Of a stretch of 64,000 bases of DNA, positions 33,801 through 45,700 are shown piece by piece. Source of the stretch: Vicugna vicugna. Its lineage: Eukaryota. Both the position numbers and the translations under genes were made by a program. The stretch lies in NCBI GenBank assembly GCA_013265495.1, contig MU059972.1:265915-329914 (forward strand), read 5' to 3'. Under the pieces are notes generated by a model. That model did not search any database. It saw nothing but the letters and a program-made list of their open reading frames with translations, and was not told the DNA's origin. Position 1 is the first letter of the stretch; each line of letters starts with the position of its first letter.

Positions 33801-36414
33801 GACCCACAGAGCTGGGGCAGGTTCCTCCCTGGATCCAGGAACCGGCAGGCAGGGACCAGGAGTGGCCCCAAGGGGACAGACTTGATCCATGAGCTCCAGA
33901 TGCTGGACGTGGCTTCAGCCCCTGGGGTCTCACTAGAGACGTAGGCCCAGCCCTGCCCCACCAGTCAGAACCTGGCTTTCACTAGCCTGCGCACACGCAT
34001 GGGACATCCAGGGAGGTACCAGGTTGGACCCCTAACCTGGTGACAAGGGGTCTGTGAGGACAGCCTGGAGGAGGGCTCTTCTCCTCCCGCAGGCCCTCCC
34101 GCCCTCCCTTCCCCAGCCCAGCAGCATGCCCAGTCTCTCGCCTTCTGGGCGCTGTCCCTGAAGCAAGACTTTACTCCTTTGCTCATCTGGGAAATCCAGC
34201 CCCACCCTCCAGCTGCCTCCGCTTTGCTCTTCCCTCCTCCTCCCAGCCTCTCTGCTCTTCGTTGGAACCCAAAGTAAGGGACAGCCGCCACCGCCACATT
34301 ATGGTCAACACCGCCTGGAGCCTGGCAGAGCTCCTCTCCTTATCTGTGTGGCCAGGTACCAGCCTCAGCAGTGGCAGAGGCCCTGCCATCCTACTCAGAG
34401 AGGGGAGGGAGGGGAGGAGTCTGAGTGCTGGAAAGAGCTTCAAACGACAGCCAAACACATGCTTTGACCAGCTACGGCACACAGATGTGATGGCTGGAGT
34501 TGGTGCAGCGACGTTAAACTGTTAGGTAACTGTGGGAATGTTGGCAATACCATCGTGGAATGCTGGGCCAGGACTTCCTCCGGGCTTCTCTGTTGTTGAA
34601 GCTACTTACTTGGGTTTCTTACCAATAAGAGTAGCTAATACAAACTGGCTTGTATTCTTTCAGCCTAGTCTTAGCTTTCTAGCCCTTTGGACAATCCTAG
34701 ATCCCCGAGTCCCAGCTTCCTGAGTATTCCTGGCTCTCTGGGCTCTTTGAGCCATCGTATGCCTCACATGGGCCTGGACAGCCCATAGCACCTAACCTCG
34801 GACCCCTCTCTCTGTGCCCAGCTGTCCCAAGTCCCCCAGAATGAAGGGACTCCTCCCTGGCTCATTCTGTTAGCATCTCCTGTCAGCCTCTGCTGGCCTG
34901 GGATGCCTAGTCCCTGGGTCCAGACCGTTCCTGCCAGATAGCAGGGGCTGCAGTATGGAAGCTGAGGGCAGGGGCTTCTGCAATCAACCTCCTGTGCCGG
35001 TGAGGGGACCCAGCCCTGCAGGGACCTCGAGAGACCGAGAGGGGAGAGCAAGGGGACAGGAGGACCAGGAGGAGAAGGGGAGTGATGGGGGGGTACTGAG
35101 GGAGGGAGGGACGGGGGGAGCTGCACCCTGACCCTTGACAGCAACTTCCTCCTCTAGGGCTGCACTCAGCTCGCTGAAAGTCCCATGTGACAAGGCACCT
35201 GTTTCCTCTGCTTTTCTTGCAGAGCTTCTGTCCAGCTAAGTTCAGGGGTGTTCCCCTAAACTTCCCAGCACCCAAGAGCCAGCATGCACCAGAGGCCACT
35301 CTGCTGGGCTGGATTCGGCCATGTGGAAAGAGCTGGAGGCTGGAATGTGTGCGCGGTGGGGGGGGGTCCTCCCAGGGCTCAGGAAGGCCCTGGAGGTGCA
35401 GAGGGAGGGGGCTGGATGCAGGGTGGGCAGGGCACTGAGGGGAGCGTCTTCGAAGGGCATGGCACAGCTGGGCGCCACGAGGGGCCGTGGGGGCCACCGG
35501 GAGGACCGGGCTGACCCCTGAGCTCAGTGGAGCCACAATGGTGGGGGTTCGAGCTGGAAGGACTGCAGCTGGGACTTGTGTCTCCAAGGCTCCATCTGGC
35601 TGCAGTGTTGAGACCTGACCTTGGGCCAGCAGAAGTAGGGGACAATCAGAGGCTCAGGCATGACTCTGCGCAGAAGGTGGGAGGGTAAGTGAAGGGGACA
35701 GGTGCTGCCAGCCTGGCTGTGACATCAGAGAAGGAGTGACAGCATGTCGCCAGGGTCTTGCCTGGAAGAGGGGCCATGGGAGCAGGTGCCCAGGAGCCGA
35801 GTCTGGGGCACAGAAGCATGATGTACCTCCAGGAGGCCCAGCCGGATGCGCAGCACCCGAGGGGGCTCACCCCGGCGGATGCAGGAGAGGGAGGGGCTGG
35901 ACAAGAGGGCCTCAGGGTCAAGAGGACCAAGACGGGGGTCTTGGGGGCCCAGGGCAGACACCACCCTCACCTGCAGCTTCATTAGGGAGACTGAGGCCCC
36001 AAGAGGCAAGGCCCCAAGGTCCTCCGACCCCAGCACCCACTCTGAGCAGGGATCTGACCCCCATGGAGAGGCCGAGGACCATGGGGGCCCGGTCATTTCC
36101 GCCTTCCTGCTCCGTTCCCCACAGGCTCTCCTCTGCTGAAGCCTTTGGAGGCCCGAAGAGACCCCATGAAGAAGCTGAGGCAGCAAAAGGCAAAGCCACA
36201 TGCAGCTGGGGAGGCTGTGCCGGCAGAGATGGCCACTCCTGTCCCAAGGCAAGGCACTGGAGCCTCGACCCCACCTCCCTGCTGGGCCCATCATAGCAGG
36301 GGCTGCTTACCCATCAATGGCAGGCGTGTCCTGCATGATCTGCACCGCCTGGTCCCGGAACTGGTCTGCAATGCAGATGGCCACCAGGGGCCAGAACCAC
36401 CAGCTGGCCCACAT
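30843..36414 (-). CDS. DPEP1: Dipeptidase 1 (renal membrane dipeptidase, GPI-anchored, M19), 410 aa: complement(join(30843..31010,31084..31219,31393..31468,31541..31625,31715..31891,32132..32201,32334..32484,32566..32698,32946..33078,36311..36414))
   Basis: Signal peptide [16 protein letters not shown]. Metal and catalytic motifs GHND, GVEGGH, DLAH, SHS and GGDFDG are intact. GPI signal YGYS...[15 protein letters not shown]. 1233 nt in frame; 5'UTR acceptor at 36513. Confidence 0.97.
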
Positions 36415-38844
36415 GATCTGGTCCCCAGGAGCTGGCTTCCCCACCGGTCCTATGTGCCCTCCTGACTGGCTGTCCTGGCCAGGAGACAGGCAGAGGCCTT
36501 TGGTCCAGGTGACCTGTGGGAGCCCTCCTGTTTATCAGTAATCAGCACATTCCCTGCGAGGGCGCGAGGGAGGGTGGATGGGAGTTCCTGGACCCACCAA
36601 GGCTGGGCCAGGCAGAGGTGTGGCAGAGCGTGCTGACCCCAGGGCGGGGCTGGTGCCCAGGTCACAGAACAAGGCAGTAGAAGAGGCAGCTCAGGGAAAG
36701 TGGCCAACGGCACTGCTGTGTCCTGTTACCTCCCTGCCACCCCCAGGACCCGATGTGGGGGTTTCGGAGGTCTGCCAGCAAGATTCAGCAGTGAGTCCTT
36801 GAGTGGACCCCTGTGTTTGCCTGGGAAACAGTTCTGTGTCACTTCACATGGAAGACAGAGTGCGCCCACCACACCCTACCCCACCCCAGGGGTGGGGTGC
36901 CTGCGGCCCCTGGCATCACCGAGACCCACACTCCAGCTGCAGGCTCCTGGCCAAGCAGGTGGGACTCTGGGGCTTGGGGTCGGAAGCCTGGAGTGTCCGC
37001 ACTTCCTTCAAGCTGGGGGTCTTTCTGGCCTTGTCATACACACTCAGGCCTGGGGGGCGGGGTGGGATTCTAAGAACCAGACGCCCAGGCAAGGCCAGGA
37101 CGATGAGTCACGAATCCTGGTCCCAGGGCTGGGCCAGCATCCTGGGTTCTGGTGGACAGCTGGGCAGCCCAGCCCAGTCTGGATTCTCAGGGCTGCTGGG
37201 CCATGTGGACCTGCCCTGCGAAGCCTGGGTCACAGGCAGGTCCCCTCCCTGGCCCCCAGGACAGGCCCAGCTCCTGGCCCTTTCTCCAGCTTGGGACGGG
37301 AGGTCAGGTCATGGCCCAGCCCTGCCTCTGCCGTCTTTAGCCGAGTGTCCCGGTGCCTGGGCCTCAGCCTGTTTTCCTCCCGTGGAAAAGGCAGCCTGTG
37401 AAGGAGCATGAGCCCAAGGCCCACCTTCTCTCCCTCTGTCCACCGCGCACGCCAAGCAGGGGGCTCCTGGGCGTTCTCAGCGCCAGTCCCTGGGATCTGA
37501 CCCCCACCACCACCCTGTGCAGGAGAGGTGCCCTCGATGGGTGGGGAACCCAGCGCTCCGGCCAGACTGCCTGGGGGCTGTACCCTCCACGTCCGGCGCC
37601 TGGAGCCCCTGGGACAGGTGCCCTCGCCGTGGGGACACCCGTCTGCCCTTCATGCCTTCCCTGTGGCCCCAGCACGTCCCTTCTTCTCTGAGCTCCACGC
37701 CCACTCCCCTTCCACACCTTGGCCTCGCTCTCGTGACCAGGACACTGCTCACGTGGTGACAATGCCATGTGCTCCCTGGAACCATCTTCATCGACACAGC
37801 CGTTAACACATGTCCACCTCACCAACGACTGCTGCTCCATTTTTCTCTGTGTTTTCAGCGTTTTTCCGGTTTACTGTTTGTTTCAGGGTTTTTTAAGCGT
37901 ACCTTGTATTTTATTTCTCAGCCTCGTCTGAACACCTGTCTTTACACGTGACCATTTAAGTCACAGTTTAAGTCAGAATGAGAAGAGCAGTCGCCGCTTT
38001 CCTCTAAACGTGCTCTTTCTCGTGTTCCCCCCGATCTTGTTTTGCTGTTTTCTCAAGGTCACCTTGGTCCTCCTCCACCACAGCGAGGAGGCTCCTCTCC
38101 TGCCCCCCAAGGGGCTGCCCTCCCCCGAGCAGCAGTCACGTTTGCATCCGAATTGCTCTCGACACACAGGCCCTCACGCGAAGGGTGCATCCCACTGGGC
38201 ACCGCGTTCCCTTGGGTGCGACCACACCTCTGTCCAGGCTCCTTGCTTCTCTGGTGCCATCTTCTCCTCTCTCGACGTGTCTGTTCTGCTTTCTTTGTCA
38301 CTTGTCTGCGGCACTGTCTTGGGCCGTTTTCCCAGGAACAGTGGCATCCTGTGTGAAGTCACGTGTCCCTGCTCTCGAGGCTGACGAGCCGCCTTCCAGC
38401 CGTGATGCCCCGCATGGCCCAGCTCCTCTCTGAGTGGGCGGTCCCTCCTTGTCCACGAGGTCTGAACCCCACACCCTTCCCCAGACAGCGCCACATGTTT
38501 GTGTTTGTAAACCTGCCTGATCCTTGGCTTTGACCTGCTTTTCGTTTTAAATTCAGAATTCACTTAATTGCTTAAACATTTGTAAGTTGTCTGGTCGTGC
38601 CTGTGTAATACATGATCAGCTTAACAGCCAAGTAGCAGGGGGGACTTAGAGCCCCCCCAGCCTGCTTCCTGGTGGGAGGGGTGCATGGCTGAGAAGGGGC
38701 TTCCTCCCTGCACCCTCCTCCTGGGGATGCAGTCTGAGTCCCAGCACCAAAAGTGGAGGCTGCGGAGTGATGCCCGCACCTCGGGCGTGAATTTCAAAGC
38801 CGGGACACGAGGAACCTCACTCATGGGGCAAATAGGATTTTAAA

Positions 38845-38985
38845 AAATTTTTTTTCTGGGGGGTAAGGTAATTAGGTTTATTTATTTATTCAATTATTTA
38901 TTCATTTTAACAGAGGTGCTGGGGCTTGAACCCAGGACCTTGTGCATGCTAGGCACACACTCTACCACTGAGCTACACCCTCCCC
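38845..38985 (-). mobile_element. tRNA-derived SINE, full length
   Basis: ggggcttgaacccaggacc...ctctaccactgagctacaccctcccc with the ggtaattaggtttatttattt tail. Confidence 0.85.
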
Positions 38986-39539
38986 ACTTTTAAATAGCAC
39001 TTTAATGCAATATTTTTAAAATTCAAAACTTCCTGCCCCAAAAATCCATGGCGAACAAAACATGAAACTTTCCAGGAAAGACAAGACTGGTGTTCTGACT
39101 TTTCCTTCTGCCCCTGGCTCCAGCGTGATTCCACAGGGCGCTGGCCTCCCCGGGGACGTCCAAGTTCAGTTTGCTAACTTCAGCTGCAGGTGGTTCCTGC
39201 CAGGTGGTGACAGAGAACATTTCTAGGACCTAGGCTGCGGGTGTGACCACACTTCCTCCGGTGCCCCTGGGAGGAGAGGAGTCAAGGCCACTTGGCTACA
39301 CCCCACGGCGGCCTGGGCATCCTTGTGCAAACATTGGAAGAGTCCAGGACGATGGCCCTGGAACATCGCCCGGAGGAGGGGCCCAAGGACACACCTAGGA
39401 GGCCGGCTCCAGGGGATCCTAAACTGTCCCTGACTCACATCCTGCGGCGTGGCCAGGTGGCCTCGGGGTCAGATTTCCCAGGCTCTGCAACTGTCTATAA
39501 ACAGAGTTCATCGTGGTCCCTATAGCCCAGCAGTCCTGT

Positions 39540-40500
39540 TGGAGCCTTAACCTCGGAACCACTCAGAACCGCCCCACGGGTCAGGCACCCCCATCCCTGA
39601 AGCCTGTTCGCCACAGTGTGGTCTGACTGCTCGTCCTGGACATTCCGTTGCCTTTTTCTCTTCCACAGGGAGCTGACGTCACGTTCCCACCACCTTCCAA
39701 GCTCTGTGCCTCACACCTGCCTTTGGATCTGTGTTTTCCCGAATTTCTGCCCCAAGTCTTCCTCCTTCCGGTTTACGTTCTTGCCTGCTGGAGCTAGTCC
39801 TGGCGCCACTGCCCAGCAGTGGGGGTGTGGCGGCCGTTCGCGGAGCCTGGGGGAGTTTGCACGTGACGCTGCTGTGCCCTCAGAGCTGCTCAGCAGGTGT
39901 GCTGCCTGCAGACCATCTTCTCCGGAGCCTGGAGGCCCCAGGGCGTCCACACCCTTGTTGCGGGGAGTCCAGTTCTCTGTAGGGGGCAGGCCGCTTTCTC
40001 TCCGTGAGCTCCCCAGGTCAGCTCTTGCTCCTCGGGCTCTGCAGTTTCTCAGGGACGGGCCTTAGCTGGAGACCTTTTCATCCAAGCTCCACACTAACCG
40101 GCTGGAGGTCTCCCAGCCTTTGGTCCAGGGAGCGCCCTCGAACCCCTTGCCTCCGGCTGCCTCCCCTCCCTCCCTGGGGCTGCTGTCAGTCAAGGGCTGG
40201 ACCCCCAGGGGTCCTCTTTGTCTCTTGTGTTTTTCTCTCCTGTTTTAGGTTTTCTTGTGCTGCTGTTCTACGGATTTATGAATAGAATAGGAATTCTGTT
40301 TTTTTAATTTATGCCGTGAGTTTCCTCAGTTCTGACTCCCGGCACTTCTACATGACTTCCCCCAGGATTTATACACTTAGTCTCCCAAGAATGCTTTCCT
40401 AAGTGTTTGGTTTTGGTTTTCTCCCTCTGTGCCCTGTGCCGCTGTGGAAGCAATATTGTCTAACATCTGTTAGAAATTTTGTTTTCTTTTATTGTCTTCT
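39540..40500 (-). mobile_element. Very degraded L1 (L1ME-like) ORF2 region
   Basis: Pyrimidine-rich antisense L1-like tract (ctctgcagtttct..., tttgtctcttgtgtttttctctcc); boundaries approximate. Confidence 0.4.
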
Positions 40501-42304
40501 GTTTCCTGGACGACAGTGTTCCCTCTGAACGCTTTTTCCCATCGTTCATCGAGACCTGCTGTCGGGGTGCGGGCTCCCCACACCGCCTGCGAGCTTTGAC
40601 TTCGTGTTTAATGTTGAAGGACACAGAGCAGCCTCCCAGCCTCAGGCTTTGTGTGAGATGAACGGGGGTGGGGGTCGACATTACGGTGGGATCTCTTAAT
40701 GCCAGAATTTGGCACAAGCACTTTCGACAGCAACTACTGTCGAAATCAGGAAATACTTTAAGGGAAGGACCTCCTGGTATTTTTCCCTCCAGAGTAAGTC
40801 TGGCTGTGGGCCAGCAGGGTTGTGCATCTGCGTAAGAGGGCTCTGGGGGTCCGCTACCCACCGTCCAGCTGCTGACAACCCAGCCTCCGGCGTGTCCCTC
40901 ACCTCCACCCACTCCTGCCATGTGTGAGCTGGGCTCCTCTCTGGTCTTAGCTAGGCGGCTGCCCCCGCAGCCCCTCCGTGAACGTTCCGACGGGCTCCCT
41001 TACTCCGCTCCATCCGATTTCTCAGTCCCCGAAATGGGCTGAGATCCCCCGGCCGAGGCCGCCTCCCTTCATCCTGTGGGTTCTGCCTGAGCCCTTGCTC
41101 CCACCTGAAAGGATGCTCAGGCCAAGTCCCTGCCCCGGGCCGACCTTCTGACCCAGAGGACGCGGTTGGGTGGTGTCTCCAGAAGACTCCCTCAGCCTTA
41201 CTGCTTCTCATTCCTGTTCCATCCGCTTGCGCGGGAGGCCACGTGTGGCCCCAGCTCCCATGTGGTCCTGTCCTGTGAGGCTCAGCGAGCAAGAGGGCCT
41301 GGCCGGTACGTCTGGCTCTGGAGGTCCACTCTCAGGAGAGCAGTCAGGAGACCCACTCGTGCTTTGCTAAAAGCACAGCAGTCCTGGGTTTTCTGGTGGT
41401 GTCTCCCCACCACGTGCCCTCCTAGCATCCATCAGGGAGCAAGGGCGTGGCTGGCTCGACCCACAGAGAGAAGGCGGCAGGTGCAATCTCTGGGCTCTGT
41501 CCTAGCACCCCACCCCGGGAACCTGGCCACCGGCCCAGCTCGGCCCAGCTGACAGCTGGACGCTGGCTTGCAGGTGACAGCTGAAGCCAGGCTCTGTGGG
41601 CCAGAGACCAGCTGGAATGAGAGTCCGGCCGGTGGTTGCTGCGCTGGCTGTGGGGTCCTAGGATGGTCTGTCATGCAGCCGCAGAGAACTGACCGGGGCT
41701 GTCCTCCCGTCCCAGGCTCCCGTGTCTGTGATGGGGGTGGGGCACCCTAACCTCGTCCGGCTGCTGGAGGAGCACGACCATCATCTTCCACCCCAGCCCT
41801 TCTGCCTGCCCCATGTGCCGCGTTAGTGCAGAGACATCTCCGGGGATGGACGCCAAGGACGGACGCTCCCCCGCTCAGGTACCTGGGAGGACGTCGGAGC
41901 CTGTCTCAAACTCTGCTTTCAGGAGTGCCCTTCATGCTGTGCCTTAAATCGCCATCACTTATTTAAATAAAGACAGTAATTATTAACTGGAAAAATCAAC
42001 ATCACTTGCCATAAACAGAGGGAACACGGTGAAAATAAGCACAAAAACGGAAGAGTGCTGTTACAGTTCAGCCAGGCCCACAGGGCAGGGGCCGAGAAGA
42101 GACCCAGCAGACAGCTTCGTGTCCAGGGAGCAGCCTGGAGCTCGGCGAGGACTGTTCCACCAAAACTGTGCCGTGTTAGGCGCTCGAGGAAGCCCCTCTC
42201 ACCAAGGCTTCACTTGCACTCCCGCCCCCCGTGGGCTAGTCCCAGGTCAGGACACAGCCCACAGCAGCACGGAGGTCCCGAATCCATGACACCCCCTCCC
42301 TTAA

Positions 42305-42770
42305 GAACACACACGCTATGGTGCAGCAGCAACACACACAGAGAAACACGCAAACACAGCTAACCACACACCCACCCCAGCCACAGAGCACACCCACATC
42401 CACACACAGTTATACAGATGCACACACAACCACGCACATGCAAAGACGCCCACACCTCAGACACCAACGTAGCCAACACAGACCTCCCCCACGTCCACAT
42501 CTGCACCGTGGAGACCTACCTACCCGTGACCCACACCATGCACACGCCTGCACGTGAACGTCCCAGACCTGCGTGTGCAGACACACTCACGCAGACTTGT
42601 GCACAGGTAAGCACACCTGCACTCGCAGACGCAGACGTGCATGCGTGGACACGCACACGAGCATGAGGCGCCAGCACCGACACGCAGCACGAGCCCACAG
42701 ACATGGCTCTCAGTCTCGCTGGCCTGTCCTCTTGCGGGTACAGCCGCATGTCTTGTCACACACACACTTA
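42305..42770. repeat. Degenerate (CA)n/(CACG)n low-complexity tract
   Basis: Long run of acacac/gcacac/cacgc units. Confidence 0.8.
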
Positions 42771-45700
42771 GCCTTTTCCCTGTCATCACTGTGCCACCTG
42801 GGGGCCTGTAGCCCTGCCCTCAGCCCCATGCAGGGCACACAGAAGGCCCAGACCAGGCTACATCTGCACTGGGGTGTCCCCAGGCCCAGACATGAGGCCT
42901 CCACCCAGACCTCTGCCCCCAAATCCTCGCTCCCCAGTGTGCTCGCGGAGGACACACTGTCTACCCAGCTGCCAGGAGCTGCCCCCCCTTCCTTCCCTGC
43001 CGCCCACTCTCCCAGGGCACCGCACGGCCCCCCTGCTGCCCCCACCGCTCTGAGCCCTGTGACCTCCTCCTAAGCAGCAGCAGGTCCCCAAGGTGCTCCC
43101 ACAAGGCCCTCCAACTGCCCTGAGCACCCGGAGCCCCAGCCCATCAAGGCCTCCCCTCCCAGCCCACGAGGCGCTCCCCTGCTGGGCACCTGGTGAGCTT
43201 GTCTCTGCTCGGTTCAAGCTCAGTCTCGCTGGGCACACAGCAGGTGCTCACTGATGCAGGTACCTGCAGCACTCCATTCCCAGGCGGCTCTTCAGCGCTG
43301 GGAGGAGACGGGCTCCCTATGCTCCCCAGGACGGCGGGCGGGGCAGGTGCAGCCCCGGGCTCCGCTCAGGGCCACGAGGCCTGGAGGTTTGTTTCTGTTT
43401 TTCTCAAATTCCATCCCTCCCCTGAGTTCTGCAGTCAGCCGCCCTGCACACAAAGCAAGTCCCCCAGGGGCCTTCATTGCACGCCTCGGAGAGCAGAGAG
43501 AGCAGAACGAGGGGCTTAATGCCTCACACGTGTCAGCTGGTTCTGGTTTCCGCAGACACACCACACAGGCACACACTCAGCCCGCCAGCTGTCTGGGTCT
43601 GGGCGCCCTCTGACCCCCAGGCTGGGCCTCGGGCCCAGGGCAGGCAGGGTGGGGCTGGGTGACAGGCAATCGGGGTCCCCAGACAATAACGCAGGGGTTC
43701 TCTCAGGCGAGCTGTTGGCATCCGGTGGGGGTGCTGAGTGAGGAGTCATAGGGGAGGAGGCTGATGGAGGACACCTGGGGCCCTGAGCCCCTCCCGCCAA
43801 GGCCCCGGCACCCATGGGTGGCGGTCGGCTGGGCACCTCTGGACCTGGGGATTCCAACCCACGTGCTTTCTCTCCGGCCCTGCCCCCTGCCCACCACCTT
43901 CATTCCCTGGGGGCGAGCGTGACATGTCCCAGGGCCAGAAAGCATTCTGTCTCTCCCGCCTGGCCCGGAGTCAGGGGGCCCCGGTTCTATGTGGGTAACA
44001 TTCCCGCTACAGGGGATCAGAAGCAGTCAGGGATCGGAATGTCCTCTGGCAGACACACGGGATTTTCAAAACCAGGGCGAGGTCTGTGTGGAGACCCGGC
44101 CCAGCTGGGGCCTGGCTTCACTAATTGGTTTCAGGATTCTGAGGTTAGGGTAGGGCGGCACACCCTGGTGGACTCCAGCGGGCCACAGGCTGTCCCACCC
44201 CCATGCAGGGAGGGGGACACATGGCAAGGCCACCCTGGGTCCCAGCAGCCCGGGTTGGGGCACAGTGGGGGGTGCACAGCCCCCCGCCCCGGCCCAGGAC
44301 ACAGTGGGGGGTGGACAGCCCCCACCGGCCCACCTTGCCCAGGCTGTGGGACCTATGCTCCCCCCTGGGCCTCAGTCAGGGCCCTGTCATGGGTTCAGAT
44401 GCCAGACCTGGGAGGAGGGGGTAGGTGGGGGGTGCTCTCCCACCTCAGAGTTTAAGGGGGATCTAGAGTGAGACGGGGTCTCTGATGGGCAGGGCTCCGA
44501 GGACAGGCCCCAAGCCAAGCCCTGGAGTAAGTCAACTCCCTTGGCCCTCCCTGCCCCTGGCGGGCTGGCCTGTTTGCAGGCAGGCAGGGCAGGGGCCCGG
44601 GAGTAGGGCTGGGGCAGGGAGAAAAAGGTGTGAGTGTTCTTTGGACACCCAGACCAGGGTCTGGTGGACACACGGGACCCCGCCACTCTGGGGCCACAAA
44701 GGGCAGAGAGCAGAACTCCCCTACAGCGTCTGCCCAGGGCCCTGACGTCACCAGAAACAACATTAGGGGCCGCCAGAAGGGCAGGAGGCACTGAGGACCA
44801 GGAGTGAGGAAGAAAGATTTCCACTTTTAATGTCATTACTTTTTAGTCTGTTTGAAATTTTTAGCATGTGCAGTAAAATGGAAACGTCAACTTGATTAAA
44901 AAGAAAAAGAGGGTTCAAGGGGCCTCCCACTCTGCACAGAGACGGGGGTTGGGATCCCCACCGACTCTGGGCACCTCAGGGCCCCGGAGCAGCCCTGAGC
45001 CCTGCCGACCTGGGTGTCAGGTGAGACCTGGCAGCGGTGCTCGGACTCCCGGGACCCGACCGTGGGCCGGCAAGGAGACGTCACCACCCACCCCAGGCTG
45101 GCCGCCAGGGCCCAAGAAACGCCAGCACCACGTGCAGTTTGGCACTGCTGTCGCCGCCCTGAAATTCCTAGATTTGTCCTTGACGTGTTTCATAAGGAAG
45201 TCGATGGGCAGGGACGGGCATCCCCCTGCTGCCCCTACCCAGAATGCACGCCTCTGCGGTCGGGCGGGGTTTCTCCTAGTCGGTGTATTGTCCCTGGAGG
45301 CTCCACCCTCACTCCCTGCGCTGCCCTCAGCTTCTAGGACCAGTCAGGCCCACGGGGAGCGTGCGGCACAGCCCCTGGCCCGGCCTCGGGGACCACAGCG
45401 GCCAGGTGGTTTCGGTTGGCTCTGGGCTCCTCCCAGGCAGGCCCCCTGCGTCCACACTGTCAGCCACGGGACTGAGGTCCTGTCAGGGACACTAGGTTTC
45501 CAGTTTAGTTGTTGACTCCTGCATTTGAGCATAGGAGACACTGTAGGAAAATTTCGAGAGCGCCTGCTGGGGCCTGTCCCAGGCTGGGGGTGCAGCCCTA
45601 GGGGGGCTCATGGCAATTCTGAGGCCAGCGAGTGCTGGACCAGCAGGCGCAGGAGACCCTGCTGTGGGCACCTCCTCCTTGCCAGCGGCTCCCCCAGCCC

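Noticed and set aside
34400-34700. Lower-GC stretch in DPEP1 intron 2 as a possible retrocopy or second NUMT
   Set aside because: All frames I translated have frequent stops, and I recognised no protein or mtDNA similarity. BLASTN would settle it.
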